From the IMG/VR virus record IMGVR_UViG_3300027970_000006: 64,000 nt of DNA, one strand, 5' to 3'. This stretch comes from a virus. Each line of letters opens with the position of its first letter. Positions within the stretch are counted from its first letter, which is position 1. Both the position numbers and the translations under genes were made by a program. Below are positions 49,367-58,362 of this stretch, one piece after another. Under the pieces are notes generated by a model. It made no database searches. It was not told where the DNA came from and saw nothing but the letters and a program-made list of their open reading frames with translations.

Positions 49367-49946
49367 TTACGAAGAAATAAAAAATTTGATTGAAGCTTCA
49401 AGAAAGGCTTTATCTAAAGACATTAACGAAAGTTCTAAGTCTCAAATTAGAAAACAATATGGTTTATTATTGGAACAAGAGGAAGAGGTTGACCTAAATG
49501 TTGAATTGGGAAAAAAAAACAACGAAAGTTCAGAAAAGAAAGATTCTGATGACATTGGAAAACCATCAGAGAAAGAAAAGGTATATAGAGTTCAAGGAAA
49601 CATCATTGTATTACACGGAAAAACAAAATCTGATATACAATTAACCACAGATGAAAAAAATGCTTTTGTTGAAAGCGTTGATGAATTCAGAAATCAAGTT
49701 GCAGAATTGGTTGATTTTGGAAGATTGAATGTTTATCACGATAATGTTGAATGGACTGGAAAAGTATTGGAATTAAATTTAGAATTTTTTTACACAATAA
49801 ATGAACCAAATGGGATTTATGTGAATGGTAAAATGATTAAGATTAATCAAGAATATTTAGAACTTATTGGTAAATTACAATCTTATTATGAAAAATTTAA
49901 AATAAAATGGGGTAAGATAGTTTCATCAAGACAAGAAGACATATGA
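49359..49946 (+). CDS. hypothetical protein with Glu-ending leader motifs
   Basis: 'YEEIKNLIE..INES..LLLEQ' N-terminus. Confidence 0.7.
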   Translation: MNNYEEIKNLIEASRKALSKDINESSKSQIRKQYGLLLEQEEEVDLNVELGKKNNESSEKKDSDDIGKPSEKEKVYRVQGNIIVLHGKTKSDIQLTTDEKNAFVESVDEFRNQVAELVDFGRLNVYHDNVEWTGKVLELNLEFFYTINEPNGIYVNGKMIKINQEYLELIGKLQSYYEKFKIKWGKIVSSRQEDI

Positions 49947-50296
49947 AAGAATTTTTAACATATAATTGGAAGACAATCACTCTTGTAATATTGGGAGTGA
50001 TTTTTGTGTATTTGTTGGTTCGTGTTTTTACACCAATACCAGATCATAGTGAATTAAACAAATATAAGTTGGATCAAATTGATCAAAAAGTTGATAAGGT
50101 TGAAAAACTTCAAAAAGAACTAAAAGACTCAATTATGATGTATAAACAAAAAATACAAGAAATTGACACCAAAATTTCAAACATTAAAATTGAAAAAAAC
50201 CAAGTTAATAATTATTACACGATCAAGGCAGATGATATAAAAAGTGCCGATAAAAAGAAGATAGATAGCCTATTCAAAAAAAGATATAATTTTTAA
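49943..50296 (+). CDS. N-terminal TM + coiled-coil protein (i-spanin-like)
   Basis: Single TM then heptads; near the amidase. Confidence 0.5.
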   Translation: MKEFLTYNWKTITLVILGVIFVYLLVRVFTPIPDHSELNKYKLDQIDQKVDKVEKLQKELKDSIMMYKQKIQEIDTKISNIKIEKNQVNNYYTIKADDIKSADKKKIDSLFKKRYNF

Positions 50297-50299
50297 AAA

Positions 50300-50719
50300 A
50301 TGAAAAACTTAATTTTATTTATTGTTTTTTTAACTCTAATTGTTAATTCATTTGGGCAGAGTAAACCTAAAAATACAGATACATCAATGTATTGTATTCC
50401 TTATCCTGTTGCTCAAAAAATTTTATTGGATTTAAATGATTATGATAGATTAAAAGAAATATCAAAATTGGATAAGAAAGAGATTGACCAATTAAATAAA
50501 AAAATTGAATTTCTCCAAAAAGAAAATAAAACATGGATGATAGAGGATTCTTTAAGTCGTGTTATTATCTCTGAAAAAAATTCTAAAATAAAAATTTACG
50601 AAGAAGAAAATCTTGATTTAAAAAAAGAAAGTAAAAGAATTAAAACAAAAAACACTTTATTTAATATAATTTCGGCAGTAATTATCGCTCCATTAACCTA
50701 TATAGTAATTTCTAAATAA
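50300..50719 (+). CDS. secreted coiled-coil protein with C-terminal hydrophobic anchor (spanin-like)
   Basis: Signal peptide ending 'SFG|Q', coiled coil, C-terminal hydrophobic stretch. Confidence 0.5.
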   Translation: MKNLILFIVFLTLIVNSFGQSKPKNTDTSMYCIPYPVAQKILLDLNDYDRLKEISKLDKKEIDQLNKKIEFLQKENKTWMIEDSLSRVIISEKNSKIKIYEEENLDLKKESKRIKTKNTLFNIISAVIIAPLTYIVISK

Positions 50720-50964
50720 TGGCATTTTCATCAACAGACAAAAAAGAAATTGAAGTAATGATCAGAAAAGAAATTAAAGATTTTTTTGATGCTAGTACAT
50801 CTAAACAATTTGAAAAAAAATTGTTAGATAAAATTTCTCAAGATTTACAAAGAGGTGGGTTAAAAAGAGATGTTAAAGACATAGTCATAAAGTCTTTCCA
50901 AGAATATTTTACTGTTATGTATCAACAGAGAGGATTTTGGGAACAAAAATTTAGAAGTATATAA
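50719..50964 (+). CDS. hypothetical protein
   Basis: TAATG coupling on both sides. Confidence 0.7.
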   Translation: MAFSSTDKKEIEVMIRKEIKDFFDASTSKQFEKKLLDKISQDLQRGGLKRDVKDIVIKSFQEYFTVMYQQRGFWEQKFRSI

Positions 50965-51698
50965 TGGAATCAAATGTAACCGAAAAGTTAAAAAATGCAA
51001 TGACTAGTGCATTGTCTGGTGAACCAGAATTAAGAAGAAATGTAGTTAAAAGTATTGAGAAGGCTGAAGTGAAAGAAGAAAAAACACCATCATATTTAAA
51101 TTTCTTAAAAAATAAAAACGATGTTGTTGAAATATATAACCAAATAAAAAACAAAAAACTTTCAAATAACCAAATAAGAACAAAAATTAAAGAATATTTA
51201 AAAAACCCGGACGATTTAAAAAAATTTTTACAATCAATTTTGGATAACAAAACTCCTACCAAGAAAGAAGAAAATACTGAAGCAACTGGCTCAGGATCTG
51301 CAGGTGGATACTCAATGCCACTTTTTTCAACAAGTAAAGGGGATCTCGTTAAAAAAGTAAAAACGGTTAGAGAAGAAGTGGAGAAAGTTGAAGCAAAAGA
51401 AGCGACATCATCATCTTCTTCAGGACAATATAGTCAACCAGCGATTTGGGCTAAATCTTTAAAAAAGAAAGATTGGAAAGGAGCTACGACAAAGTATATG
51501 CCAGGGTCAAAAAGAGTTCAGGTTAAGGCAAAATGTAAAAAATTCCCATATTGTAATCAGGGTGATATAAACGCTTTAAAAATATTTGAAAGCGAATCTG
51601 TGCAAAATGCCATAGAAAATGTGTCAAACAAATATAAAATAAATAAAGATTATATTTCTGAAGTTGTATTTGAAGAAATAGTAAAAACACAAAGATAA
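50964..51698 (+). CDS. hypothetical, possible head-internal protein
   Basis: Duplicated 'E.(T/K)EAT.S.S.G.YS.P' motifs; 'KCKKFPYCNQG'. Confidence 0.65.
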   Translation: MESNVTEKLKNAMTSALSGEPELRRNVVKSIEKAEVKEEKTPSYLNFLKNKNDVVEIYNQIKNKKLSNNQIRTKIKEYLKNPDDLKKFLQSILDNKTPTKKEENTEATGSGSAGGYSMPLFSTSKGDLVKKVKTVREEVEKVEAKEATSSSSSGQYSQPAIWAKSLKKKDWKGATTKYMPGSKRVQVKAKCKKFPYCNQGDINALKIFESESVQNAIENVSNKYKINKDYISEVVFEEIVKTQR

Positions 51699-51724
51699 AG
51701 ATATTTATTAAAAAACAATTAAAA

Positions 51725-53173
51725 ATGAACAAAGAAGAATATATCCTATCAAGATTTAAAAAAATCTTACAAGAAAATATAAACGAAAAAAGTGAATCAA
51801 TTTTAAATCAATTGAATTACAATAAAGAAGTTCCATTTAATCCTGCTGGAGAGTCTTTTGATTATGTTCAAGAAGGGGAGACTTGTGAGTGTGGTGGTGA
51901 AATGTATGAAGGTGAATGTATGGAATGTGGATCTAAAGGATCTAACTCTGAGATAATGGAACTTGGTGGTATGGATGACGGACACCCAAGATTAGGTAAA
52001 AAGAGATTCCCAAAGAAAATGTCTATTGAGGATATTGAAAACCTTCTTAGAGGTGATGCAGATGATGATGATGATGAAAACAATTATCGAGATTTAAGTA
52101 TGTATAACCCTTATTATGGTGACAATGACGACTATGATGATGAATCAGGATTTGAAGAAATCGGAGAAGACACATATGAAATTGAATTAGGTGAAAAACT
52201 TTATGGAAATCAAAGTAGAATTGATAGAAACAAAAATAATAGAATTGATAGAGAAGATTTTGAAATGTTAAGAAAACAACAAGATGAAGAAGAACAACTT
52301 TATGAAGTTGAGTTTGAAAAAGAAATGGAAGAAGAAGAAACAATTGAAGGAAATGCATTCACAGGAGCTTTGACAAAAGCTAAAAAACATCACAAAGATG
52401 AATTTGAGGTTGATGGTAAAAAATATGATGTTAAAGAATCAATATTATTTACAGAATCAGATTTGATTGATCTTATTGAAAAAATTGTAAATGAAGAGAA
52501 AAACTCTTTCAAAATGAAAGAACCAAAAGGTTATAGAGAATATGAAAGAGCTCACAAAGCGGATAAAAAAGAAAACGAGGATTATTTAAAAAGCGTTGCG
52601 AAGAAAATGACGGATTATTTAAAAGGTGCTTCTGATTCAGGATCTAAATACGAAATGAAAGAAACTAAAAAATTCCCAACTGAAAATGGTGGGATGAAAA
52701 AGGGCAATAGAAAAAAATACACACCATCTGACGCTGTTGATGAATATATTGATGCATTTTCTTATCCAGGTCAAACTAATTTGGTATACGATGAAGTTAA
52801 ACCAAATGATAAATGGATAGAAGACTTAATAAAAGGTTCTTCAAGAACAGGAAACGCTCAAGTGGATAAAGACGGAAACGCTTTAGGTAATGTTGTTCCA
52901 AGTAAAACAGGAGATAAGTTCTACAAAAACTTCCAAGACAATCTTTACGGACAAGAACAGATGAACGCTTCATACAAAAGACAACCACAACCTGTTGATC
53001 AAGCTGGAGAACACACTGAAAGAGGGTCTTTAAAATCAAAAAAAGGTAAAAAAACATCTCAAACAATATTAAATAAAGTTGATGAATCTACAAACGTTAA
53101 AAAAAGTGAGAAACTTAATGAAGAGTTTGATAGAATTCAATCACTTATGGGTTACAACAGAAAAACTCAATAA
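51725..53173 (+). CDS. acidic mosaic protein, possible prohead core/internal protein
   Basis: CECG..CMECG, EF-hand-like 'DRNKNNRIDREDF', 'FTESDLIDLIEKIVNE', C-term 'LNEEFDRIQSLMGY'; TATTTAT at 51702. Confidence 0.65.
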   Translation: MNKEEYILSRFKKILQENINEKSESILNQLNYNKEVPFNPAGESFDYVQEGETCECGGEMYEGECMECGSKGSNSEIMELGGMDDGHPRLGKKRFPKKMSIEDIENLLRGDADDDDDENNYRDLSMYNPYYGDNDDYDDESGFEEIGEDTYEIELGEKLYGNQSRIDRNKNNRIDREDFEMLRKQQDEEEQLYEVEFEKEMEEEETIEGNAFTGALTKAKKHHKDEFEVDGKKYDVKESILFTESDLIDLIEKIVNEEKNSFKMKEPKGYREYERAHKADKKENEDYLKSVAKKMTDYLKGASDSGSKYEMKETKKFPTENGGMKKGNRKKYTPSDAVDEYIDAFSYPGQTNLVYDEVKPNDKWIEDLIKGSSRTGNAQVDKDGNALGNVVPSKTGDKFYKNFQDNLYGQEQMNASYKRQPQPVDQAGEHTERGSLKSKKGKKTSQTILNKVDESTNVKKSEKLNEEFDRIQSLMGYNRKTQ

Positions 53174-53221
53174 TTTACATTATTGAGTCTTAACTTATAA
53201 TTTTTTCATAGTTTACTTACT

Positions 53222-53689
53222 ATGACTAATTTTTTCAACTACATAACAAAAAATATTGATCCTGAACAAGTTGACACTTGGTTTAGGTCAAATTATATAA
53301 TTCCTGAAAAAATGGAGTTATATTATGATTTATCTTATAGTCTTTTTTTGTTAATCAAAACAACTTATTTGGGGTCTTTAAATGAAAAAAACGAAACCAA
53401 AGTTGAAATGACAAATGAGGACAACCAAAAACATTTTGATTGGTGTTGGAAAAAAACAATAGAAAATTTTAAGAAAGAAAACATTAATTTTGCGGTAGAA
53501 GGAGAACACTATGATTATTTTTTATCACTTTTTAGTGAGATATATTACAATCAAAATAGTGAAGATATAAGAAACTCCATAGACACATTCTTTAATGATC
53601 TATTTAACAGGGAAAAGGCATTCACACAGGTTGATTTGGATTTAATTTATAATATATATAAATCGTTAGATAAAAATTTAATTAGATAA
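53222..53689 (+). CDS. hypothetical protein
   Basis: ORF; preceded by TTTACA-N16-TATAAT (53174-53201). Confidence 0.75.
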   Translation: MTNFFNYITKNIDPEQVDTWFRSNYIIPEKMELYYDLSYSLFLLIKTTYLGSLNEKNETKVEMTNEDNQKHFDWCWKKTIENFKKENINFAVEGEHYDYFLSLFSEIYYNQNSEDIRNSIDTFFNDLFNREKAFTQVDLDLIYNIYKSLDKNLIR

Positions 53690-53750
53690 TCTTTACAATT
53701 TGGAGATTTCATAGTATTTTATACTAAATAAACTATAATTTTTTAAAAAA

Positions 53751-53921
53751 ATGGATACATTAGAAAAAATTAAAGAACTTACTGAGCAATTGAGTGTTGA
53801 TGTCAATAAGTTTTATGCTGGAAATAACAGCGCAGGAACTAGAGCAAGAAAAACGTCACAAGATTTGAAAACGATTTTGCAACAATTAAGAACTGAAATT
53901 CTAGAAGAAAGAAAAAAATGA
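53751..53921 (+). CDS. histone H1-like Hc1-family small DNA-binding protein (56 aa, not in ORF track)
   Basis: MDTLEKIKELTEQLSVDVNKFYAGNNSAGTRARKTSQDLK...; 'GN.SAGTRARK' is the Hc1-family motif. Confidence 0.8.
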   Translation: MDTLEKIKELTEQLSVDVNKFYAGNNSAGTRARKTSQDLKTILQQLRTEILEERKK

Positions 53922-54118
53922 TTATGATTAGTTTGGATATTTTTTTAACGTTTATTTTTGTTTTATCAATAGTATTTGTTTTTAATCAGACAATTAATAT
54001 TATTAAAAACATATTTAGCGAAGAACCCAAAAAGATCATTTATGGTCTTTGGGAAAAAATATCCAACTATTTTTTCATTTCATATCTTATAACATATTTT
54101 ATTACAAAAATCCTATAA
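53918..54118 (+). CDS. small two-TM membrane protein
   Basis: Two hydrophobic segments. Confidence 0.65.
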   Translation: MIMISLDIFLTFIFVLSIVFVFNQTINIIKNIFSEEPKKIIYGLWEKISNYFFISYLITYFITKIL

Positions 54119-54119
54119 A

Positions 54120-54539
54120 ATGTATAATGAATTAAAAAATATTTTTGAGTATTTAGTTTCCGTAAGAAAATTAAAAACATATCTATCAATAGATATTGAA
54201 TTTCCAATTAGTTGGAAAATACCAAAAAGATTTGTCCAAGAAGATAAAATTGTTGAAAATCAAAAAGTCACTGAAAATACTAGATTTTTTTCATTTGTAA
54301 GTGAGTTTGATGAAAAAGTATTAAACGATACGGTTGAAAATATAAAAAACATCATTCATTACAATAAAGAAATTGAGATGAAAGAAAGACTTTTAAAGTT
54401 AAAAATTGATGAACTCAAAAAAATATTTGAAAAAGAAAATCTTGAAAATTTACAATTATTAAAATTTGATATTTTAGAACAAGAAGAAAAACTAGAAGAT
54501 GGAGAAGAAATTGTCGACACGAGGAGAACAATCAATTAA
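54120..54539 (+). CDS. hypothetical protein
   Basis: ORF in operon. Confidence 0.7.
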   Translation: MYNELKNIFEYLVSVRKLKTYLSIDIEFPISWKIPKRFVQEDKIVENQKVTENTRFFSFVSEFDEKVLNDTVENIKNIIHYNKEIEMKERLLKLKIDELKKIFEKENLENLQLLKFDILEQEEKLEDGEEIVDTRRTIN

Positions 54540-54699
54540 TTGGCTTAAAAGTGAACTTGAAAAAGATAGAATTGAACTTGAAAATGAAAAGAAAAAATTA
54601 ATTGAGTCAATTAAAGATCTTAAAAAAGAAAACATAGTTAAACAAAAAGAAAGATTGACTTTATGGAAGAGAATAAAAAAAGTAATGACGGGGTTTTAG
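54499..54699 (+). CDS. hypothetical coiled-coil protein
   Basis: Overlapping ORF in operon. Confidence 0.6.
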   Translation: MEKKLSTRGEQSINWLKSELEKDRIELENEKKKLIESIKDLKKENIVKQKERLTLWKRIKKVMTGF

Positions 54700-54998
54700 A
54701 AAATTTGGCACTTATTACTGACGGACTCCAAACCCTTTTTCCTGAAGGAAAAATAATATGTGTGTACGAGTTAAATAGAGACGATTTCAAAAAAGTCCAA
54801 ATAAATTTTAGAAAAATAGATCACCAGTTTAAAAAATTTTCTGTGGATATTTCAGGTATTGAACATGTTTTTATTGACGAAGAATTTTCAAACACACTAA
54901 CCGAAGAAATCCCCCCAAAAATTGAAACTATTAAAAAATTAACATTAAAAGATAAATTATTATCTTGGTTTAAAAGTGGTAGATCTTCTATAAAGTAA
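54663..54998 (+). CDS. hypothetical protein
   Basis: ORF in operon. Confidence 0.6.
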   Translation: MEENKKSNDGVLENLALITDGLQTLFPEGKIICVYELNRDDFKKVQINFRKIDHQFKKFSVDISGIEHVFIDEEFSNTLTEEIPPKIETIKKLTLKDKLLSWFKSGRSSIK

Positions 54999-55598
54999 TT
55001 TTTTATCAATACCCATTTTTGATAAAATATCATATAAATATTTTTTTTGTTCTTTAGATGATTCACCAACAAATATTGTATCTATTCTTCCCAAATTTAA
55101 AAAATGATAACTAAGTTCGTCTACAAATCTCTGAGATTCATCTTCATTTTTTAATGAAAATAAATTAACTTTATCATCATTTTGAACAACAATTTTATTA
55201 TTTAATTTGGACACCAACTTTATTGAACTTTTTGGTAAATATATTTTAATAAAATCATTTATTGTAATTTTTTTATTTAATGAGATGTCAAAAATAAGTT
55301 CTTCTATTTTATAGTTGGAAATTTTAATAATTTTATAATCAGGATCATCAGTTTCAATTTTAACCTGTCTTCCTAAATTATCTCTAACATACAGATTATC
55401 AAAATTGGAGTCTCTTTTTTGAAGTAGACATAATTCAAAATTACAATCGTTAGCGTTTTCTATTTGTTTTTCAAAGAAAATACTTTTATTATCCTCAATT
55501 TTTTTGTCAAAAAATTCTTGAGCTCGTTTAAAGGTCTTAAACTTATTGATTATTTTTTTTCTTTCCTTATTTTTAAACAATACTACAATATAGCCCAT
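54960..55598 (-). CDS. hypothetical protein (212 aa)
   Basis: Long - strand ORF, divergent from dnaJ. Confidence 0.7.
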   Translation of the reverse strand: MGYIVVLFKNKERKKIINKFKTFKRAQEFFDKKIEDNKSIFFEKQIENANDCNFELCLLQKRDSNFDNLYVRDNLGRQVKIETDDPDYKIIKISNYKIEELIFDISLNKKITINDFIKIYLPKSSIKLVSKLNNKIVVQNDDKVNLFSLKNEDESQRFVDELSYHFLNLGRIDTIFVGESSKEQKKYLYDILSKMGIDKKLLYRRSTTFKPR

Positions 55599-55628
55599 AT
55601 TACCAATAATAATATTATATCTGAATAA

Positions 55629-56552
55629 ATGAATATTGATAACTATTACGAAACTTTAGGTGTTGAAGAAACTGCGACTCAAGAAGAAATAAAAAAAAAA
55701 TATAGAAAATTAGCAAAAGAAAATCATCCTGATACTGGAGGAAATGAAGAGTTATTTAAAAAAATATCTTTGGCATACGAAACATTAAGTGATTCACAAA
55801 AGAGACAACAATATGATGTGAAAAGAAAAAATCCATTTGGGGGTAGTTTTAATATGAACGAGATGTTTAATAACGTTTTTAATCAAAGACAAGCCCAACA
55901 ACAAAGACCCACACACACATCAAACATAACCGTTAATATTGGGACATTAAATTCTTTTAACGGTGGTAAACACACATTATCATATAAAAGACAAGTTATT
56001 TGTGAACCATGTGGTGGATCTGGAGGTGATAAAAAAACATGTCAAACCTGTAGTGGGTCCGGAAATGTTGTAAAACAAGTTGGGTCAGGAATGTTTGTTC
56101 AATTAATACAAATGGCTTGTGATAGTTGTAGAGGTACCGGTTCATTTTTAATTGACCCTTGTTTTATGTGTAGTGGAGTTGGATCAAAACCTGAAATGAA
56201 GATTTTGGACATTTCTTTACCACACGGAATTGATAATGGTCAGTTTTTAAGACTTCAAGGAATGGGAGATTTTAGAAATGGGACGTATGGTGATCTAATT
56301 GTTAGAATTGATCTTAAACCACAAGATGGGTTTAATAAAGTTGATAATCACCTTGTGTATGACGCTTTTTTAAATATTGAAGATTTAAAAATTGGAAACA
56401 TTACAATTCCACATCCAAATGGAACATTAAACATTAAATTACCTAAACACATTGACACGTCAAAACCTTTAAGAGTTAAGTCCAAAGGTTTCAAATTAGA
56501 TACGGTTGGTGATTTAATTGTGAATCAGTTTGTCAAATTTGACAGAGATTAA
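55629..56552 (+). CDS. dnaJ: DnaJ (Hsp40) chaperone
   Basis: J domain with HPD, four CxxCxGxG repeats, C-terminal 'G...GDLIVRI'. Confidence 0.93.
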   Translation: MNIDNYYETLGVEETATQEEIKKKYRKLAKENHPDTGGNEELFKKISLAYETLSDSQKRQQYDVKRKNPFGGSFNMNEMFNNVFNQRQAQQQRPTHTSNITVNIGTLNSFNGGKHTLSYKRQVICEPCGGSGGDKKTCQTCSGSGNVVKQVGSGMFVQLIQMACDSCRGTGSFLIDPCFMCSGVGSKPEMKILDISLPHGIDNGQFLRLQGMGDFRNGTYGDLIVRIDLKPQDGFNKVDNHLVYDAFLNIEDLKIGNITIPHPNGTLNIKLPKHIDTSKPLRVKSKGFKLDTVGDLIVNQFVKFDRD

Positions 56553-56710
56553 AAAATACTGATAAAATCGGAAACTGCCGAAACAATTCCATAGATTGCA
56601 AAAAATGTAAATATACCACCAAATATTAAAACAAATTTTTGTGTATTTTTTACTTGTCTACTTTCTTCACAAACTTTACACTTAACTTCTGTTGCTTTTT
56701 TATATTCCAT
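56549..56710 (-). CDS. small CxxC + TM protein (53 aa, not in ORF track)
   Basis: [53 protein letters not shown]; directly downstream of 56714..57199. Confidence 0.6.
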   Translation of the reverse strand: MEYKKATEVKCKVCEESRQVKNTQKFVLIFGGIFTFFAIYGIVSAVSDFISIF

Positions 56711-56713
56711 GAC

Positions 56714-57199
56714 TTATTTTATATAGATAATAATATTACCTCTAATAATTTTAGTAAAGCTATTTAATTCTAATTGTTCTTTTATTATAACATCACCATC
56801 GTTTTTTAGAATTATTAAAACATTTTCAGGCTTAACATTTAACATTTCAGGATGATTCATAGATGTTGTAATAAACAACTGATATTTACCATTTTTATAC
56901 GTTGGGTTTAAAATAAAATCAAAACGATTTGTATAATCTCTTACAAAAATAGACTCTTTGTTAATATCTTGATCAATTGACTTAGAAACTTTAGAAAATA
57001 TATCTTTAAATTCAATAATTACATCGGAAATAGAATCCACATCAACCCTTGTCGCTGATTTTGAATGTTTATTGACGTTTAGTTGTGAGTGTATTGTTGC
57101 GATGATATTGAATATATCACCATCATAATCCGTGAACGACCCCAACTTGATACGTCTAGATTCAAGAACTATTGATTTTAACACTTTAATCAATTCCAT
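56714..57199 (-). CDS. hypothetical protein with 'LKSIVLES' leader
   Basis: TATTTATA on - strand at 57204-57211. Confidence 0.7.
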   Translation of the reverse strand: MELIKVLKSIVLESRRIKLGSFTDYDGDIFNIIATIHSQLNVNKHSKSATRVDVDSISDVIIEFKDIFSKVSKSIDQDINKESIFVRDYTNRFDFILNPTYKNGKYQLFITTSMNHPEMLNVKPENVLIILKNDGDVIIKEQLELNSFTKIIRGNIIIYIK

Positions 57200-57212
57200 A
57201 ATCTATAAATAT

Positions 57213-57238
57213 AACAAACCCCACCTTTTGAGTGGGGT
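57213..57238 (-). terminator. intrinsic terminator of the small RNA
   Basis: ACCCCAC-tcaaaag-GTGGGGT-TTGTT on the - strand. Confidence 0.7.
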
Positions 57239-57347
57239 AAAGATTATTTCATTCACTGAATTGAGGTAATCAACCTTGTATTTACTTCACTAAATACTTG
57301 TGGTCAGCTTTAAATTGGGAGGGCTGACATTCCCTTTGTGTTAAACA
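57215..57347 (-). ncRNA. candidate structured small RNA, copy 2, with own promoter and terminator
   Basis: GGGA/TCCC and GTCAGC/GCTGAC pseudoknot, GTATTTA/TAAATAC hairpin, shared AAGG-N7-CCYCAATTC..GAATGAAA core; no ORF. Confidence 0.7.
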
Positions 57348-57352
57348 CATTA

Positions 57353-57383
57353 CAAATATAACTATCTTTTTTAATTCCACAAA
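57353..57383 (-). promoter_or_regulatory. Bacteroidota-type promoter TTTG-N19-TATATTTG
   Basis: Both -33 and -7 elements with canonical spacing, directly upstream of the RNA. Confidence 0.7.
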
Positions 57384-57448
57384 ACATTTTCTAAAAATAA
57401 TTTACTTTTGACGCACTTTTCTTAGATTTAAGTATATTTATATTATAT

Positions 57449-57613
57449 ATGGCAACAAAAGGAAAACCTTATAAAGAAGATAAAGATAAAAAAGTTAAAT
57501 ACGGAATTAGTATTGACCGATATCTTTTTGATAAAATGAAAGAAGAAAAAGTTAGTGTTTCTAAATTCATACAAAATTTAGTTAAGGAGTATTATGAGAA
57601 AGTATCATGTTAA
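57449..57613 (+). CDS. small ribbon-helix-helix-like DNA-binding protein (54 aa, not in ORF track)
   Basis: 'KVKYGISIDRYLFDKMKEEKVSVSKFIQNLVKEY'; TATTTATA at 57435. Confidence 0.6.
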   Translation: MATKGKPYKEDKDKKVKYGISIDRYLFDKMKEEKVSVSKFIQNLVKEYYEKVSC

Positions 57614-58358
57614 TGAATATTTTTTTGACGATTTAAATGAAAAATCCGCTTATTGGCTTGGATTTTTATATGCTGATGGATACGTCAGAATGAAAGACGG
57701 AAAAAGTGGTGAGATGAAGTTAAAACTAAAAGATACTGATAAAAATCACATCGAAAAGTTTTTATTGGATATTGAAAGTGAAGCTCCGATAAAATGTGGT
57801 ATTGATAATAAAAGTAAATTTTGTTCTGTTTCTGTTAACTCAACTTATATGGTAAAAAAATTATTTACTTTGGGGTGTGTAAATAATAAAACATTTAAAA
57901 TATTACTTCCCGAATTGAATGATGAAATTATGTGTCATTTCATCAGAGGATATTTTGACGGTGACGGAAGTATTAGTAAAATTAAAGGTAAATGGGATAA
58001 AGTGTCAATTGCCGGAAATCAAAATTTTATAGAATCGTTAAAAAAATATTTACTTAAGTTTGATGTATCTAAGATTAATATTTATACTCAAGGTAAAATA
58101 AAAATTCTCTCAATCACTAACATAAGTGATATCATCAAATTCAAAAAAATTATTTATAATAACGATACTATTTCTTTAGAAAGAAAAAAAAATAAATTTG
58201 ACAAAGTCAATGATGATTTTGTGAGTAAAGATGAGTTTTTAAAATTGATTAAGGAAAATAATTTAACTACATTTGGTAAATATGTGAGTTATATTGCATT
58301 TAATAAATTATCAAGGTTTCCAAGAAACCCTGAATCAGAATATAAATTTAAATTTTAA
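57594..58358 (+). CDS. free-standing LAGLIDADG homing endonuclease
   Basis: Two motifs: 'YWLGFLYADG' and 'FIRGYFDGDG'. Confidence 0.9.
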   Translation: MRKYHVNEYFFDDLNEKSAYWLGFLYADGYVRMKDGKSGEMKLKLKDTDKNHIEKFLLDIESEAPIKCGIDNKSKFCSVSVNSTYMVKKLFTLGCVNNKTFKILLPELNDEIMCHFIRGYFDGDGSISKIKGKWDKVSIAGNQNFIESLKKYLLKFDVSKINIYTQGKIKILSITNISDIIKFKKIIYNNDTISLERKKNKFDKVNDDFVSKDEFLKLIKENNLTTFGKYVSYIAFNKLSRFPRNPESEYKFKF

Positions 58359-58362
58359 AAGT

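Noticed and set aside
58294-58362. ORF-track start of the Dam-like gene, and likewise starts 60868, 63110 and 41259
   Set aside because: These upstream non-ATG starts overlap other genes, terminators or promoter motifs; ATGs at 58363, 60904, 63137 and 41274 fit family N-termini better.
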